Of a stretch of 28,085 nt of DNA, positions 15,927 to 25,174 are shown piece after piece; position 1 is the stretch's first letter; every line of letters starts with the position of its first letter. The position numbers and the translations under genes are program-made. The notes beneath the pieces are model-generated. The model did not search any database, was not told the origin of the DNA, and worked only from the letters and a program-made list of their open reading frames with translations. This DNA is from a virus (Duplodnaviria > Caudoviricetes), in IMG/VR virus record IMGVR_UViG_3300033564_000120, positions 1 through 28,085 of that record; one strand, written 5' to 3'.

Positions 15927-16365
15927 AAAGAATAATCAAAATATAAATTAAATTTGCCTTGTTTTAGCTGTTAAAAAGATATCAATAAAAATGCTGGAAA
16001 TTCGCGCCCTTTGGTCATAAAACTATTACACCGTATAGAATAGATAAGATTGATAGCTTGAAAAACTGTTATATATCAACAAGAACGCGCCGCCTGTTAT
16101 TGTTAACACATATATAGAGATAGAGTTTAGTTTTGGTTATTGTTATATTAAATGGTTTCGATAAGATTACTCACCAACCAAACACACACACAAACAAGGC
16201 CTATTAAAAAGTTTTAAAAATATATGTTGATAAATAAGGATATAATGGCTGTTATAGGTAGGGTGGAGGGGACGGTTGGAGGGTGACGAAGGGCGGCGGG
16301 GTACCTCATACACCAAAAAAACAGAACTTTTCAAAGGTGTCCATTTTGGAAGAGTGTCAGACAAA

Positions 16366-16513
16366 GGATATCTACGGATATCCAACAAAAAATAAAAAAC
16401 AAATAAAATATTCATAATAACCTTATTTATCAACATATAATGAAAGATATCTTATGGATATCCAATGGATATCTCTGGGATATAGCATATAAATATCTAG
16501 CATCTGGATATCC
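16366..16513. repeat. GATATC palindrome array
   Basis: GATATC at 16367, 16377, 16446, 16457, 16468 and 16507; GATATA at 16479. Confidence 0.8.
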
Positions 16514-16546
16514 ACTATGGTATAATCATCATATAAAATATACAAT

Positions 16547-16870
16547 ATGAAAAAAATACTAGTGTCATTAAATGAAGAACAGCTTAATAAAATAGATAAG
16601 GAATGTGAATTACTTAATGTGAATAGATCTAAATATATTGCAGACAAGCTTGCTTCATCTGTAAATATCCCAGAAAAGTTGAAAGAGATTATTGCGGATA
16701 AGCATGCTCTTAATGATCTCCTAGTACTTTGGTCGAAAAGGGCCGCGGGTATTAAGATACCTAGAAACCTTTGGTGTAAGGACGAGTTGGCTGAATTCTT
16801 AAAAATCTCTAAACTGGATAAAGAATGGGTTCTTTTTATGGATAAAATAGATAAAATTTATTACAAATAA
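16547..16870 (+). CDS. ribbon-helix-helix (CopG-like) regulator
   Basis: MKKILVSLNEEQLNKIDKECELLNVNRSKYI; promoter TGGTATAAT at 16518-16526. Confidence 0.75.
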   Translation: MKKILVSLNEEQLNKIDKECELLNVNRSKYIADKLASSVNIPEKLKEIIADKHALNDLLVLWSKRAAGIKIPRNLWCKDELAEFLKISKLDKEWVLFMDKIDKIYYK

Positions 16871-16887
16871 GGTTTATTACAAATAAC

Positions 16888-17577
16888 ATGCTTACGAATC
16901 AAGAAAGAAAATTAAGGGATGTCCAAACAATAAAGGAGGAACTAGAGTTCAAAGGTGTAAAGCCTTATGAAACCTCCCATGGCGGTGTCCGTCGCAACGC
17001 TGGCCGCCCTAGGGGATCTTCTAATTTACTTACGAAGAAAGCGGACAAGAAGGAAAAATCCATTAAAGAGCGCGTGTTGAAGAATGTTGACGCTTTACTT
17101 AATGCCCAATTAACCCTAGCTCAAGGAAATGCCTACCTTTATGAGATCAAAATGCGTAATGTTGGCGGGAGGAGAAGACCTGAGCATCTCTTGGTGGCTG
17201 ACGCCAAGCGGATTAAGGCCTTCCTAGATGGCGAATTAGAAGGAGAGTACTGTTATATTACAACAGAAAAGCCCGACAATAAGGCTATAGATTCATTATT
17301 AGACAGAGCATTTGGTAAAAGTACTCAAAAAAGTACTTCAGATCATAACTTTAACTTACAAATAGTAGAATATGGAAAAGAACAACTCAACGAATACAGC
17401 TCAGCAAGAGAAATCGAAACTGAAAACAATAACGATTCCCTACCAATATACACCGAGGGACTACCAACTGGACTTTCTAGCAGCGAAACAACGATTCAAG
17501 ATAGCAGTGTGGCACCGAAGATCGGGGAAATCGAAGACCGTCCTAAACGAGCAAATAAAAAAGGCCTTACAGTATAA
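16888..17577 (+). CDS. terS: probable terminase small subunit
   Basis: HGGVRRNAGRPRGS, AIDSLLDRAFGK; directly upstream of TerL. Confidence 0.7.
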   Translation: MLTNQERKLRDVQTIKEELEFKGVKPYETSHGGVRRNAGRPRGSSNLLTKKADKKEKSIKERVLKNVDALLNAQLTLAQGNAYLYEIKMRNVGGRRRPEHLLVADAKRIKAFLDGELEGEYCYITTEKPDNKAIDSLLDRAFGKSTQKSTSDHNFNLQIVEYGKEQLNEYSSAREIETENNNDSLPIYTEGLPTGLSSSETTIQDSSVAPKIGEIEDRPKRANKKGLTV

Positions 17578-18667
17578 AGGAGTGTACTGTTACATACTAC
17601 CTACATACAGGGCCGCTAAAAACGTTATCTGGGACACACTTCTTAAAGAGCACTTGCCTGAAGAAGTGATTCTAAGAAAGAACGCTAACGATCTTACTAT
17701 CTACTATAAGAATGGCTCTATCCACAGATTTATTGGTTGTGAAAATCCAGACAGCCACCGTGGTATTAACCCTATAGATGTTGTCTTTGATGAGTATTCT
17801 GAAATGTCTGAGGAGATGTGGACAGCTATTATACAGCCAGTGCTACGAGAAAACAAAGGAACTGCCACTTTTATATACACCCCAAAAGGTAAAAACCACT
17901 CTTGGAAGCTTTTGCAGATAGCCAAAGAAAATCCCCACGACTGGTACTGGTCTGTAAAAGGGATACACGATACTATTGTCTTTAAAGATGAGGAAATAAA
18001 ACAGATTCGAAAGGAAACTCCTCTTGCCTTATTCCAGCAGGAGTATGAATGTGCCTTCCTAGATGGGGCTTCACAATTCTTTAGAGGCGTTAGAGAGCTT
18101 ACTTATGATTCGAGAATGCCCCTTGATTGGGATGGATTCTTCCAGATCGGTGTTGACCTTGCTAAGTACAATGACTACACAGTGATTACGCCCTTTAATC
18201 TAAACACTTTCGTAGTCTACCCGCAGGATAGATTTAACAATGTCGACTGGCCGACCCAAGAGTCCAGGATCGAAGCGATGGCTAGGAGATACGGGAATGG
18301 GAAGATCTTCATCGACTCGACTGGTGTGGGAGATCCTGTTGTGGATAATTTAAGAGAGAAAGGACTGAATATAGATGACAATTCCGCTATTAAGTTCAGT
18401 GAAAAGAATAGAGTCGATGTCTTAAAACACTTGGCTATCCTCATAGAAAATAGGAAAATTAAGATTCCAAATGATGAAGGGCTAATCGCAGAACTAGAAG
18501 CTTTTAGATGGGAGATAGGAGAAAACAGGCGCCCAAAGGTTACTGTTCCTGAAGGAGTACATGACGATAGAGTCTTTTCGCTCGCTTTAGCAGTGTACAA
18601 TCAGAGCAATCCTGTCCAAGAAGAAGACGAAATTGAGTTTGGACTATACTCAGCAAGGTACAATTAA
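17372..18667 (+). CDS. terL: terminase large subunit
   Basis: PRDYQ, HRRSGKS (Walker A), VVFDE (Walker B), YTPKG, nuclease motifs GVDLA..D and HDDRV. Confidence 0.95.
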   Translation: MEKNNSTNTAQQEKSKLKTITIPYQYTPRDYQLDFLAAKQRFKIAVWHRRSGKSKTVLNEQIKKALQYKGVYCYILPTYRAAKNVIWDTLLKEHLPEEVILRKNANDLTIYYKNGSIHRFIGCENPDSHRGINPIDVVFDEYSEMSEEMWTAIIQPVLRENKGTATFIYTPKGKNHSWKLLQIAKENPHDWYWSVKGIHDTIVFKDEEIKQIRKETPLALFQQEYECAFLDGASQFFRGVRELTYDSRMPLDWDGFFQIGVDLAKYNDYTVITPFNLNTFVVYPQDRFNNVDWPTQESRIEAMARRYGNGKIFIDSTGVGDPVVDNLREKGLNIDDNSAIKFSEKNRVDVLKHLAILIENRKIKIPNDEGLIAELEAFRWEIGENRRPKVTVPEGVHDDRVFSLALAVYNQSNPVQEEDEIEFGLYSARYN

Positions 18668-18681
18668 TGTATAATAGATAT

Positions 18682-20520
18682 ATGGCGTACAAATCAAAAT
18701 CAAAAAAAGAAGTTAAAGATAACTGGCTAACCCAAGAGGCTATTAATCTTGTAGATAACGAAAGATCTACTTGGGAAAACTCCGTTATTTATATAACAGA
18801 CAAGGTGGCGTTTAGAATAAGGGATTTAGTAAGGGTGTGTACCAAAAATTATTGGGGCGTATTCGATGACCCAATAGACCCAGTCACAGGACGAGATAAA
18901 ATTTGGTATCCTTTATCAGAAGAAGTTGCAAATGCGTGGACAGATAATGCTGATCTAGACTTGGCAGACATCAATTTTATAACCAAACCAGGAGGTTCTT
19001 ATGCAGTAACACAACTAACAAGACAGTTAGTAAAAACAGAACTGCAGGAAACCTACTTTGGTCAGGATCTAGACGACTCAGCTTTCCAGAAATCTATAAC
19101 TGGAACAGCTATTTGGAAGTTTATTAAAAGAAAAATCAAAGGAAAGAATAGGGTTAAAAGGAAATTAGTTCACAGACTTAACTTTTATATAGATCCAACA
19201 GCAGAATCTATTCAGGCGGCGTACAGGGTAACCGAAAGATCCTTGATGTTCGCTGACGAAATTAAAGGAATGGACGGCTGGAAGAATACTAGTGGTGTCA
19301 GAGCAGAAGAAGGTTTACCTGTTTTTGATGCTGAGATGCTTAAATCAGGTCATGGGGGAAACTCAAAGCATGTTGATGTTTGGGAAACTTGGGGCAAGAT
19401 ACCTGAATATCTTATTACTGGTGATAGAAAGGACACTGAAGAAGTAGATGGGCACATTGTTGTCTCTAGTTTAGAAGCAGGATCACCAAAATGCCACCTG
19501 ATAGAGAAGAACGATACTACTGACAAGGAAGGAAACATTATTAAGCCTTACGAAGAAGATTGGGCTATGAAAGTTCCAGGAAGATGGGATGGAAGGGGAC
19601 CTGTCGAACAAGTAATGATGCTACAACTTTGGATTAACATCATTATTAACATCCGAATAAATAGGAGCTATGTTTCTCAACTAGGTCTATTTAAGATCAA
19701 AAGAGGAGCAAACATTACACCACAATCAATTCAAAAGCTTGGTTCTAATGGAGCTGTGCTCGTTCAATCAATGGACGACATCGAACAGCTAGTTATGCAA
19801 GAAGCATCTCAAGCTTCCTATACAGACGAAGGAGTGATTAGGGATATTGCTAAGAGAATCACAAGGACATTTGAAACCATTACTGGTGAAAGAATGCCAG
19901 CCTCAACTACTGCAACAAACGCTTCACTACAGGCTAGTTCATCTAAGAACGCTTTCACAAAGATTAAGGAACGAAGTGGATTCTTTGTAGAAAGAGCGAT
20001 GAATAGACACCTTGTGAAAGCAATAGTAGATAACGCAAGTAGTGGAGATATTATCAGAATCCTTAATAAGGATGAAAATATAGACGAGATTTTAGATAGG
20101 ATCGGATATTACTATGTCAATCAATACCAAGAAGGAATTAAAGAAGCAGGTCTATTCTTAGCTCCAGAACAATTACAGATTGCTTTGGCAGAAGTTAAGG
20201 AACAATTAAGATCTCGACCTGAAATCTTTATTGAAAACCTAACAAAGATATTAGCTGACCAAACAGATTGTATGGTCTATGCTTCAAACGAAGCTCTTGA
20301 TGTTGGTTCTACAGTAGATAAGTTAGTAATGGGTGCGAACCTATTACCTGAAGATTTAAGAATGCCAGTTGTCAGACAAATCTTTGACACTATGGGATTA
20401 CCTTATCCTCCAGAGATGTCATACAAGGCGAGAGAAAGCAGACAAGAGCTCCCACCACAGGGGCAAATGACTGAAAAGCCTGCAAGAGATTTTAGCAATC
20501 AAGCAAGTTTAGGTGTATAA
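18682..20520 (+). CDS. portal protein (P22-like)
   Basis: About 610 aa directly after TerL; GRWDGRG, TTAT motif; ATG 18682 preferred (ORF track starts at 18667). Confidence 0.8.
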   Translation: MAYKSKSKKEVKDNWLTQEAINLVDNERSTWENSVIYITDKVAFRIRDLVRVCTKNYWGVFDDPIDPVTGRDKIWYPLSEEVANAWTDNADLDLADINFITKPGGSYAVTQLTRQLVKTELQETYFGQDLDDSAFQKSITGTAIWKFIKRKIKGKNRVKRKLVHRLNFYIDPTAESIQAAYRVTERSLMFADEIKGMDGWKNTSGVRAEEGLPVFDAEMLKSGHGGNSKHVDVWETWGKIPEYLITGDRKDTEEVDGHIVVSSLEAGSPKCHLIEKNDTTDKEGNIIKPYEEDWAMKVPGRWDGRGPVEQVMMLQLWINIIINIRINRSYVSQLGLFKIKRGANITPQSIQKLGSNGAVLVQSMDDIEQLVMQEASQASYTDEGVIRDIAKRITRTFETITGERMPASTTATNASLQASSSKNAFTKIKERSGFFVERAMNRHLVKAIVDNASSGDIIRILNKDENIDEILDRIGYYYVNQYQEGIKEAGLFLAPEQLQIALAEVKEQLRSRPEIFIENLTKILADQTDCMVYASNEALDVGSTVDKLVMGANLLPEDLRMPVVRQIFDTMGLPYPPEMSYKARESRQELPPQGQMTEKPARDFSNQASLGV

Positions 20521-20527
20521 TATAAAC

Positions 20528-20830
20528 ATGGATAAAGACAGGAGAGAATTTATAAAAGAAAACAACAAGTTGGTCAGGTTCGTAGAATCTGAAGAATGGA
20601 CATTTGTTAAAGGTCTACTAATGGAGAAGATTAATGATATGCAATCTATAATGAATCTTGAAGGGACCTTGACCCCAGAGCAGATCATTCTAGATATAAA
20701 GACCAGGCGAGGGATAGTAGAAGAACTCGTTAGATGGGTTAAGGAAGTAGAAGGGAAAGTAGAGCAATACTTAGCTAATGATGTTAATGATTCGCTGAAG
20801 GAAAAATCATACATCCTTAGAGAAGAGTAG
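20528..20830 (+). CDS. small helical protein between portal and scaffold
   Basis: ORF track (from 20513); ATG 20528 lies 6 nt after TATAAT. Confidence 0.7.
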   Translation: MDKDRREFIKENNKLVRFVESEEWTFVKGLLMEKINDMQSIMNLEGTLTPEQIILDIKTRRGIVEELVRWVKEVEGKVEQYLANDVNDSLKEKSYILREE

Positions 20831-20913
20831 AGTTCCTACCTTAGGGCCCTATGGGCCTCTGGGCAGGTATTCTATCAAGGATACCGTTTTAGCAGAATAA
20901 GACTTTTTATAAT

Positions 20914-21525
20914 ATGGATAAAGAAAACATTACTCCAGACACCTTACCCCAAGTGGGCGGCGAAGGAGCTGTTGAAAACCAAGAACAATACAATTCTCAG
21001 GACCAACAAGCTCAAGCCGAAGGTGCTGAGAACAACGAAGCGATGACATTATCAGAAATTAATTCTCATTTGGGAAAGAATTTCCAAGATAAGGAAACTG
21101 CGCTAAAGGCGTTGAAAGACACTTTTAGTTTCGTAGGGAAGAAGAGTGAAGATGCTACTCAAAAGGCAGCAGCTGAACTAAAGAAAAGCGGTTATATGAC
21201 TAAGGAAGATTTTGAAGACGCATTATTCCTAAGGGATAATCCTCAACACAGTCAAAACAAAGAAATTTTGGAAGCTATAGCGAAGAGTAAGAATATTACT
21301 TTTGCTGAAGCAGCTAAAGATGAATCATATAGCAGGCTTTACGAAAGAGCTGTAAAGTTCGAGGAGTCTGAGTCTAAAAGGTCAGTAATGGAACCAAATC
21401 CCCGTTTGGCTTCCGCCCAAGGTAGGACCTCTAAGGTCAGTGAACTTCAACAAGCAGGGCGTCAAGATGATGCAGCTGCAGAAGGAGCTAGAGCTGTTAT
21501 GGAGGCTTACGGGTTTGACGCGTAG
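20914..21525 (+). CDS. capsid scaffolding protein
   Basis: Acidic disordered N-terminus, helical body, directly upstream of the capsid gene. Confidence 0.7.
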   Translation: MDKENITPDTLPQVGGEGAVENQEQYNSQDQQAQAEGAENNEAMTLSEINSHLGKNFQDKETALKALKDTFSFVGKKSEDATQKAAAELKKSGYMTKEDFEDALFLRDNPQHSQNKEILEAIAKSKNITFAEAAKDESYSRLYERAVKFEESESKRSVMEPNPRLASAQGRTSKVSELQQAGRQDDAAAEGARAVMEAYGFDA

Positions 21526-21553
21526 GGCTTTATAAACTTAATAAATTAATAAC

Positions 21554-22474
21554 ATGGCTGTCGATAAAGTATTACAAACATATGGTGACGTAGCTCGAAA
21601 AGAGGACGTTGTCTTGAATATGGTGGAAATTCTTACAGCGGAAGAGAATCAACTTTTGTCTACTTTAGGTAAAACTAAAGCGATTGACGAAGTTCACTCT
21701 TTCCTAGTAGATACACTTGCTGCCGCAGGGTCTCAAGCTGTACAACAAGGTGCTGACTACACTTACCTACAAAGAAGTACACCAACACGATTAACAAACA
21801 TTGTAGAAGAAATTGCGATTCCTTTGCGAGTCACAAGAAAACAGCAAGCTGTTCAACACTATCATGGTAAAAACGAATTAGAAAGACAACTTTCTAAAGC
21901 TATGATGGAATGGGGAAATGCTGCTGAATTCGACATTGTTCGTTCTTCATTAGTATCTGGTGCTTCAGGAACTGTTGCTAAAATGGCTGGTATTATCCAA
22001 GCTATTTCTAAGTCAACAAACACTACAGCTCACACATCTGGTACAGTATTCTCTGCTTCAATCCTTGATGGTTTGATGTCAGCTAACTGGGAAAACTCAA
22101 ATGGTGATGTTGCTCGTGATTTATTCGTAGGAAGTTCTTTGAGATCTACAATTGATGGATTTGTACAAAAATCTAACGTTGTAGTAAATGCTCCTGGAAT
22201 TTCAACTATCGTAAGAACTGTTTCAACTTATGAAACTGCTTTCGGTACTTTAACTATTCACAAACATAGATATATTCAGCAATCAGCTGATGCTACTGCT
22301 AGAGTTCTAGCTGTGAATAAGAATAAACTAAAATTGGCTTATCTTGATAAACCAATGGTTGATTCTGAACTATCTAGAGGAGGTGCTTATACACCAAAAG
22401 CTGTTTATGGATCATTAACTGTAGAAGTTAATAACCAAGACAGTAACTGGTTTACAAGCGGATTCTTGAAATAG
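21554..22474 (+). CDS. major capsid protein (DUF5309/SU10-like, HK97 fold)
   Basis: KEDV...I...E..L...GKTKA..H.F..D.L, R..N..E, MAGI, YETAFG, TVEV.N; strong codon bias. Confidence 0.85.
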   Translation: MAVDKVLQTYGDVARKEDVVLNMVEILTAEENQLLSTLGKTKAIDEVHSFLVDTLAAAGSQAVQQGADYTYLQRSTPTRLTNIVEEIAIPLRVTRKQQAVQHYHGKNELERQLSKAMMEWGNAAEFDIVRSSLVSGASGTVAKMAGIIQAISKSTNTTAHTSGTVFSASILDGLMSANWENSNGDVARDLFVGSSLRSTIDGFVQKSNVVVNAPGISTIVRTVSTYETAFGTLTIHKHRYIQQSADATARVLAVNKNKLKLAYLDKPMVDSELSRGGAYTPKAVYGSLTVEVNNQDSNWFTSGFLK

Positions 22475-22484
22475 TTAGTTGTTG

Positions 22485-22525
22485 CTCGGGGATATTTAGA
22501 GATTGATGTCCCCGAGACAATCTCT
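22485..22525 (+). terminator. post-capsid hairpin with pseudoknot potential
   Basis: CTCGGGGATAT/ATGTCCCCGAG stem; loop AGAGATTG is complementary to downstream CAATCTCT. Confidence 0.55.
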
Positions 22526-22542
22526 CAGTAACTAATCTAATT

Positions 22543-22860
22543 ATGGAAATAACAAATACATTAAAAAACAAAGTCCGAAACGCTGTTTCCCTATACAAGC
22601 AGTCTTTTCGTGATGAATATCGTTTAGTAATAACTCAAATTGCAGATTATAGGAAAAATTTAAAAACAGACTTTGCCGAAGTTGAAGTAGGGCATAAAGA
22701 TCACGCTTTGAAACGTGAGTTATTCAGGATTCCTGAAAAACTGTACCACTTATTAATGAGTAATTTAATAGAAGACGAACTTAAGATGTTAGACGAAAAA
22801 GAGTACTCCAAATGGTTTATGTCTGAATATCCTGAGTTTAAAGTAACATCAAATTATTAA
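22543..22860 (+). CDS. hypothetical protein
   Basis: ORF track. Confidence 0.75.
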   Translation: MEITNTLKNKVRNAVSLYKQSFRDEYRLVITQIADYRKNLKTDFAEVEVGHKDHALKRELFRIPEKLYHLLMSNLIEDELKMLDEKEYSKWFMSEYPEFKVTSNY

Positions 22861-22861
22861 T

Positions 22862-25174
22862 ATGATTGCACTAGCACTAATAACCAGAGATAAGAAGGAG
22901 GATGTAAAATTATTGAGAAGGCTTTTAGATAATATGGAGGGCCATGTAGATGGTATTTTTATTACAGCAGCCGACAAAACGTTTGAAGGGCATGTTAAAA
23001 AGATATGTGCTGAATACAAGGCTCACTATTCTGAATTCAAATGGATAAATGACTTTTCCGCTGCCAGAAACTTTAACTTTAAACAAGTACCAAAAGAGTA
23101 CGAGTATATAATGTGGTCTGACGTAGACGACATGTGGAGAGGATTAGAAAATCTGCCAGTAGTACTTAAGGAGAACAAAGATGCTTACGCTTTCTGGTAC
23201 CTATACGACTTTGATGATGATAAACAACCTGTTGTAGCTCACAAAAAGACCATGATTGTTAGAAATGATGGTTCTTTTGAATGGGAAGGAAGAATTCATG
23301 AGGATATTACAGCGAATCGTGATGTATCTATTGGTTTTTCTACAGATATGGACAGAATGCACTTCACCAACGAGGAAAGAATAGAAGAAGCTAGGGATAG
23401 AAATGAAAAAATAGCTAAAGAAGCATACGAAGCAGACAAAAATGACCCTAGGAATCACTTTAACTACGGTAACGCCCTTATTGGCAGTGGAAAAGCCAAC
23501 AAGGCGTTAGGGATATTCAACGAATTCTTAAAGACATCAGAATCTGACTCAGAAAAGTATCTAATAAGACAGAAACTGTCCTCGATTTATTACGATAAAG
23601 GTATGAAAGAAGATGCAGTTAGAGAACTACAGACCTGTATAGGAATGCAACCTAGCTGGCCTGATGCTTACCTATCACTAGGGCAATTCTTCTTCGATAT
23701 GGGCAATTTAGACCAATCTGAGAGATATTTACTCTATGGATTGGCTTTGAAACCTGTCTATAATTCAATGATTGTTTTCAATCCAAGGGACTATGACTAT
23801 AACCCTATGAACCTTTTAGCTAAGGTTTACTTCAGGAAAAGCCGCCCTGACAAGGCTCTACCACTACTAAGAGGGTGTTTAGAAATCAATCCAAGAAACG
23901 AAAGGATGCAAACCCTTGTTAAAGAGATGGATAAAGAGGTCAAAGAATTACAAAAAATCCTCGGTGTTATTGAAGAGCTTAAGAAAATCGAAGATAAGGA
24001 TAAACTAAAGGCAAAGATAGATTCTCTACCTATCAAACAGAGATCTCATCCTGGAGTTTGTGCTATTTATAATCAAAACTTCTATAAGACAGAATGCAGT
24101 GATAAGGATTTCGTTATTTACTGTGGTTTTACAGAACACGAGTGGAATCCTGAGCTGTTTAGGACAAAAGGTTTCGGAGGATCTGAAGAAGCCATCATCC
24201 ATTTATCTCAACATCTTGCTAAGAACGGTTACAATGTGGAAGTTTACGCTAATATTGGGTCTAAAAGGGTTCAAGAAGGTAATGTTTTATGGAAGCCTTT
24301 TTGGGAATTTAACATCAAGGATGCAACTAATCACATGCTTTTATGGCGTAGCCCTAAGATGTGTGACTATGATTTGAACGCAAAAAACATTTATGTTGAT
24401 GTCCACGATGTTATCTCTCCTGGAGAATTTACAGAAAGTAGATTAAAGAAGATTAAAAAAATCTTTGTTAAGACTAAATTTCACAAATCTCTATTCCCAA
24501 ATGTACCAGATGAGAAATTTGCTGTGATTCCTAATGGGATTAACACCTCAGACTTCAAACCTGCAGAGAAATACCCAAACCTAATCATTAACACCTCTTC
24601 CCCAGATAGATCAATGGAAGCGGCGGCTGAAATCTTTAAAAGGGTAAATAAAGAGGTCCCAGAAGCTAGATTTCAGTGGGCGTATGGCTGGGATGTCTTT
24701 GATTCTGCTCATGCAGGAGACCAGAAAATGATGAAATGGAAAAATGACCTTGTTCAAAAGATGGATGAAGCTGGGGTAGAACAGTTGGGAAAGATTCCTC
24801 AACACGAAATAGCCAATCTGTATGCTGAGGCTCACATTATGTTATATCCAACAGAATTTGCGGAAATTGATTGCATAAGCGTGAAGAAGGCACAATTAGC
24901 AGGTTGCCTTGTGGTTTCAACAGACTTCGGCGCCCTAGATGAGAGCGTACAGCATGGGATAAAGATACACTCATCCAAGACTGGAGAAGATTGGTGCAAG
25001 CCTTATCAGTTCTCCTTTGGTGTAGAGAAAGAAGAGCAGATACAACAGTTTGCTGATACAATAATAAAAGAACTTAAGGTGAATCGTGACACAGCACAAA
25101 TGGTCGAGTTTGGAAAAAGTTTTGATTGGAGTATTATTGGCGATAAGTGGATAAAAGAAATAAATGGAAATTAA
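22862..25174 (+). CDS. tripartite glycosyltransferase: GT-A (GT2-like) + TPR + GT-B (GT4-like)
   Basis: W..DFSAARN, SDVDD, WEGRIHE; TPR helices; GFGGSEEA, IPNGI, SSPDR, YPTEFAEIDCISVKKAQLAG. Confidence 0.9.
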   Translation: MIALALITRDKKEDVKLLRRLLDNMEGHVDGIFITAADKTFEGHVKKICAEYKAHYSEFKWINDFSAARNFNFKQVPKEYEYIMWSDVDDMWRGLENLPVVLKENKDAYAFWYLYDFDDDKQPVVAHKKTMIVRNDGSFEWEGRIHEDITANRDVSIGFSTDMDRMHFTNEERIEEARDRNEKIAKEAYEADKNDPRNHFNYGNALIGSGKANKALGIFNEFLKTSESDSEKYLIRQKLSSIYYDKGMKEDAVRELQTCIGMQPSWPDAYLSLGQFFFDMGNLDQSERYLLYGLALKPVYNSMIVFNPRDYDYNPMNLLAKVYFRKSRPDKALPLLRGCLEINPRNERMQTLVKEMDKEVKELQKILGVIEELKKIEDKDKLKAKIDSLPIKQRSHPGVCAIYNQNFYKTECSDKDFVIYCGFTEHEWNPELFRTKGFGGSEEAIIHLSQHLAKNGYNVEVYANIGSKRVQEGNVLWKPFWEFNIKDATNHMLLWRSPKMCDYDLNAKNIYVDVHDVISPGEFTESRLKKIKKIFVKTKFHKSLFPNVPDEKFAVIPNGINTSDFKPAEKYPNLIINTSSPDRSMEAAAEIFKRVNKEVPEARFQWAYGWDVFDSAHAGDQKMMKWKNDLVQKMDEAGVEQLGKIPQHEIANLYAEAHIMLYPTEFAEIDCISVKKAQLAGCLVVSTDFGALDESVQHGIKIHSSKTGEDWCKPYQFSFGVEKEEQIQQFADTIIKELKVNRDTAQMVEFGKSFDWSIIGDKWIKEINGN

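Noticed and set aside
16167-16647. Two minus-strand ORFs in the control region
   Set aside because: They span the G-rich island, the GATATC array and the antisense of the RHH gene, and have low-complexity translations
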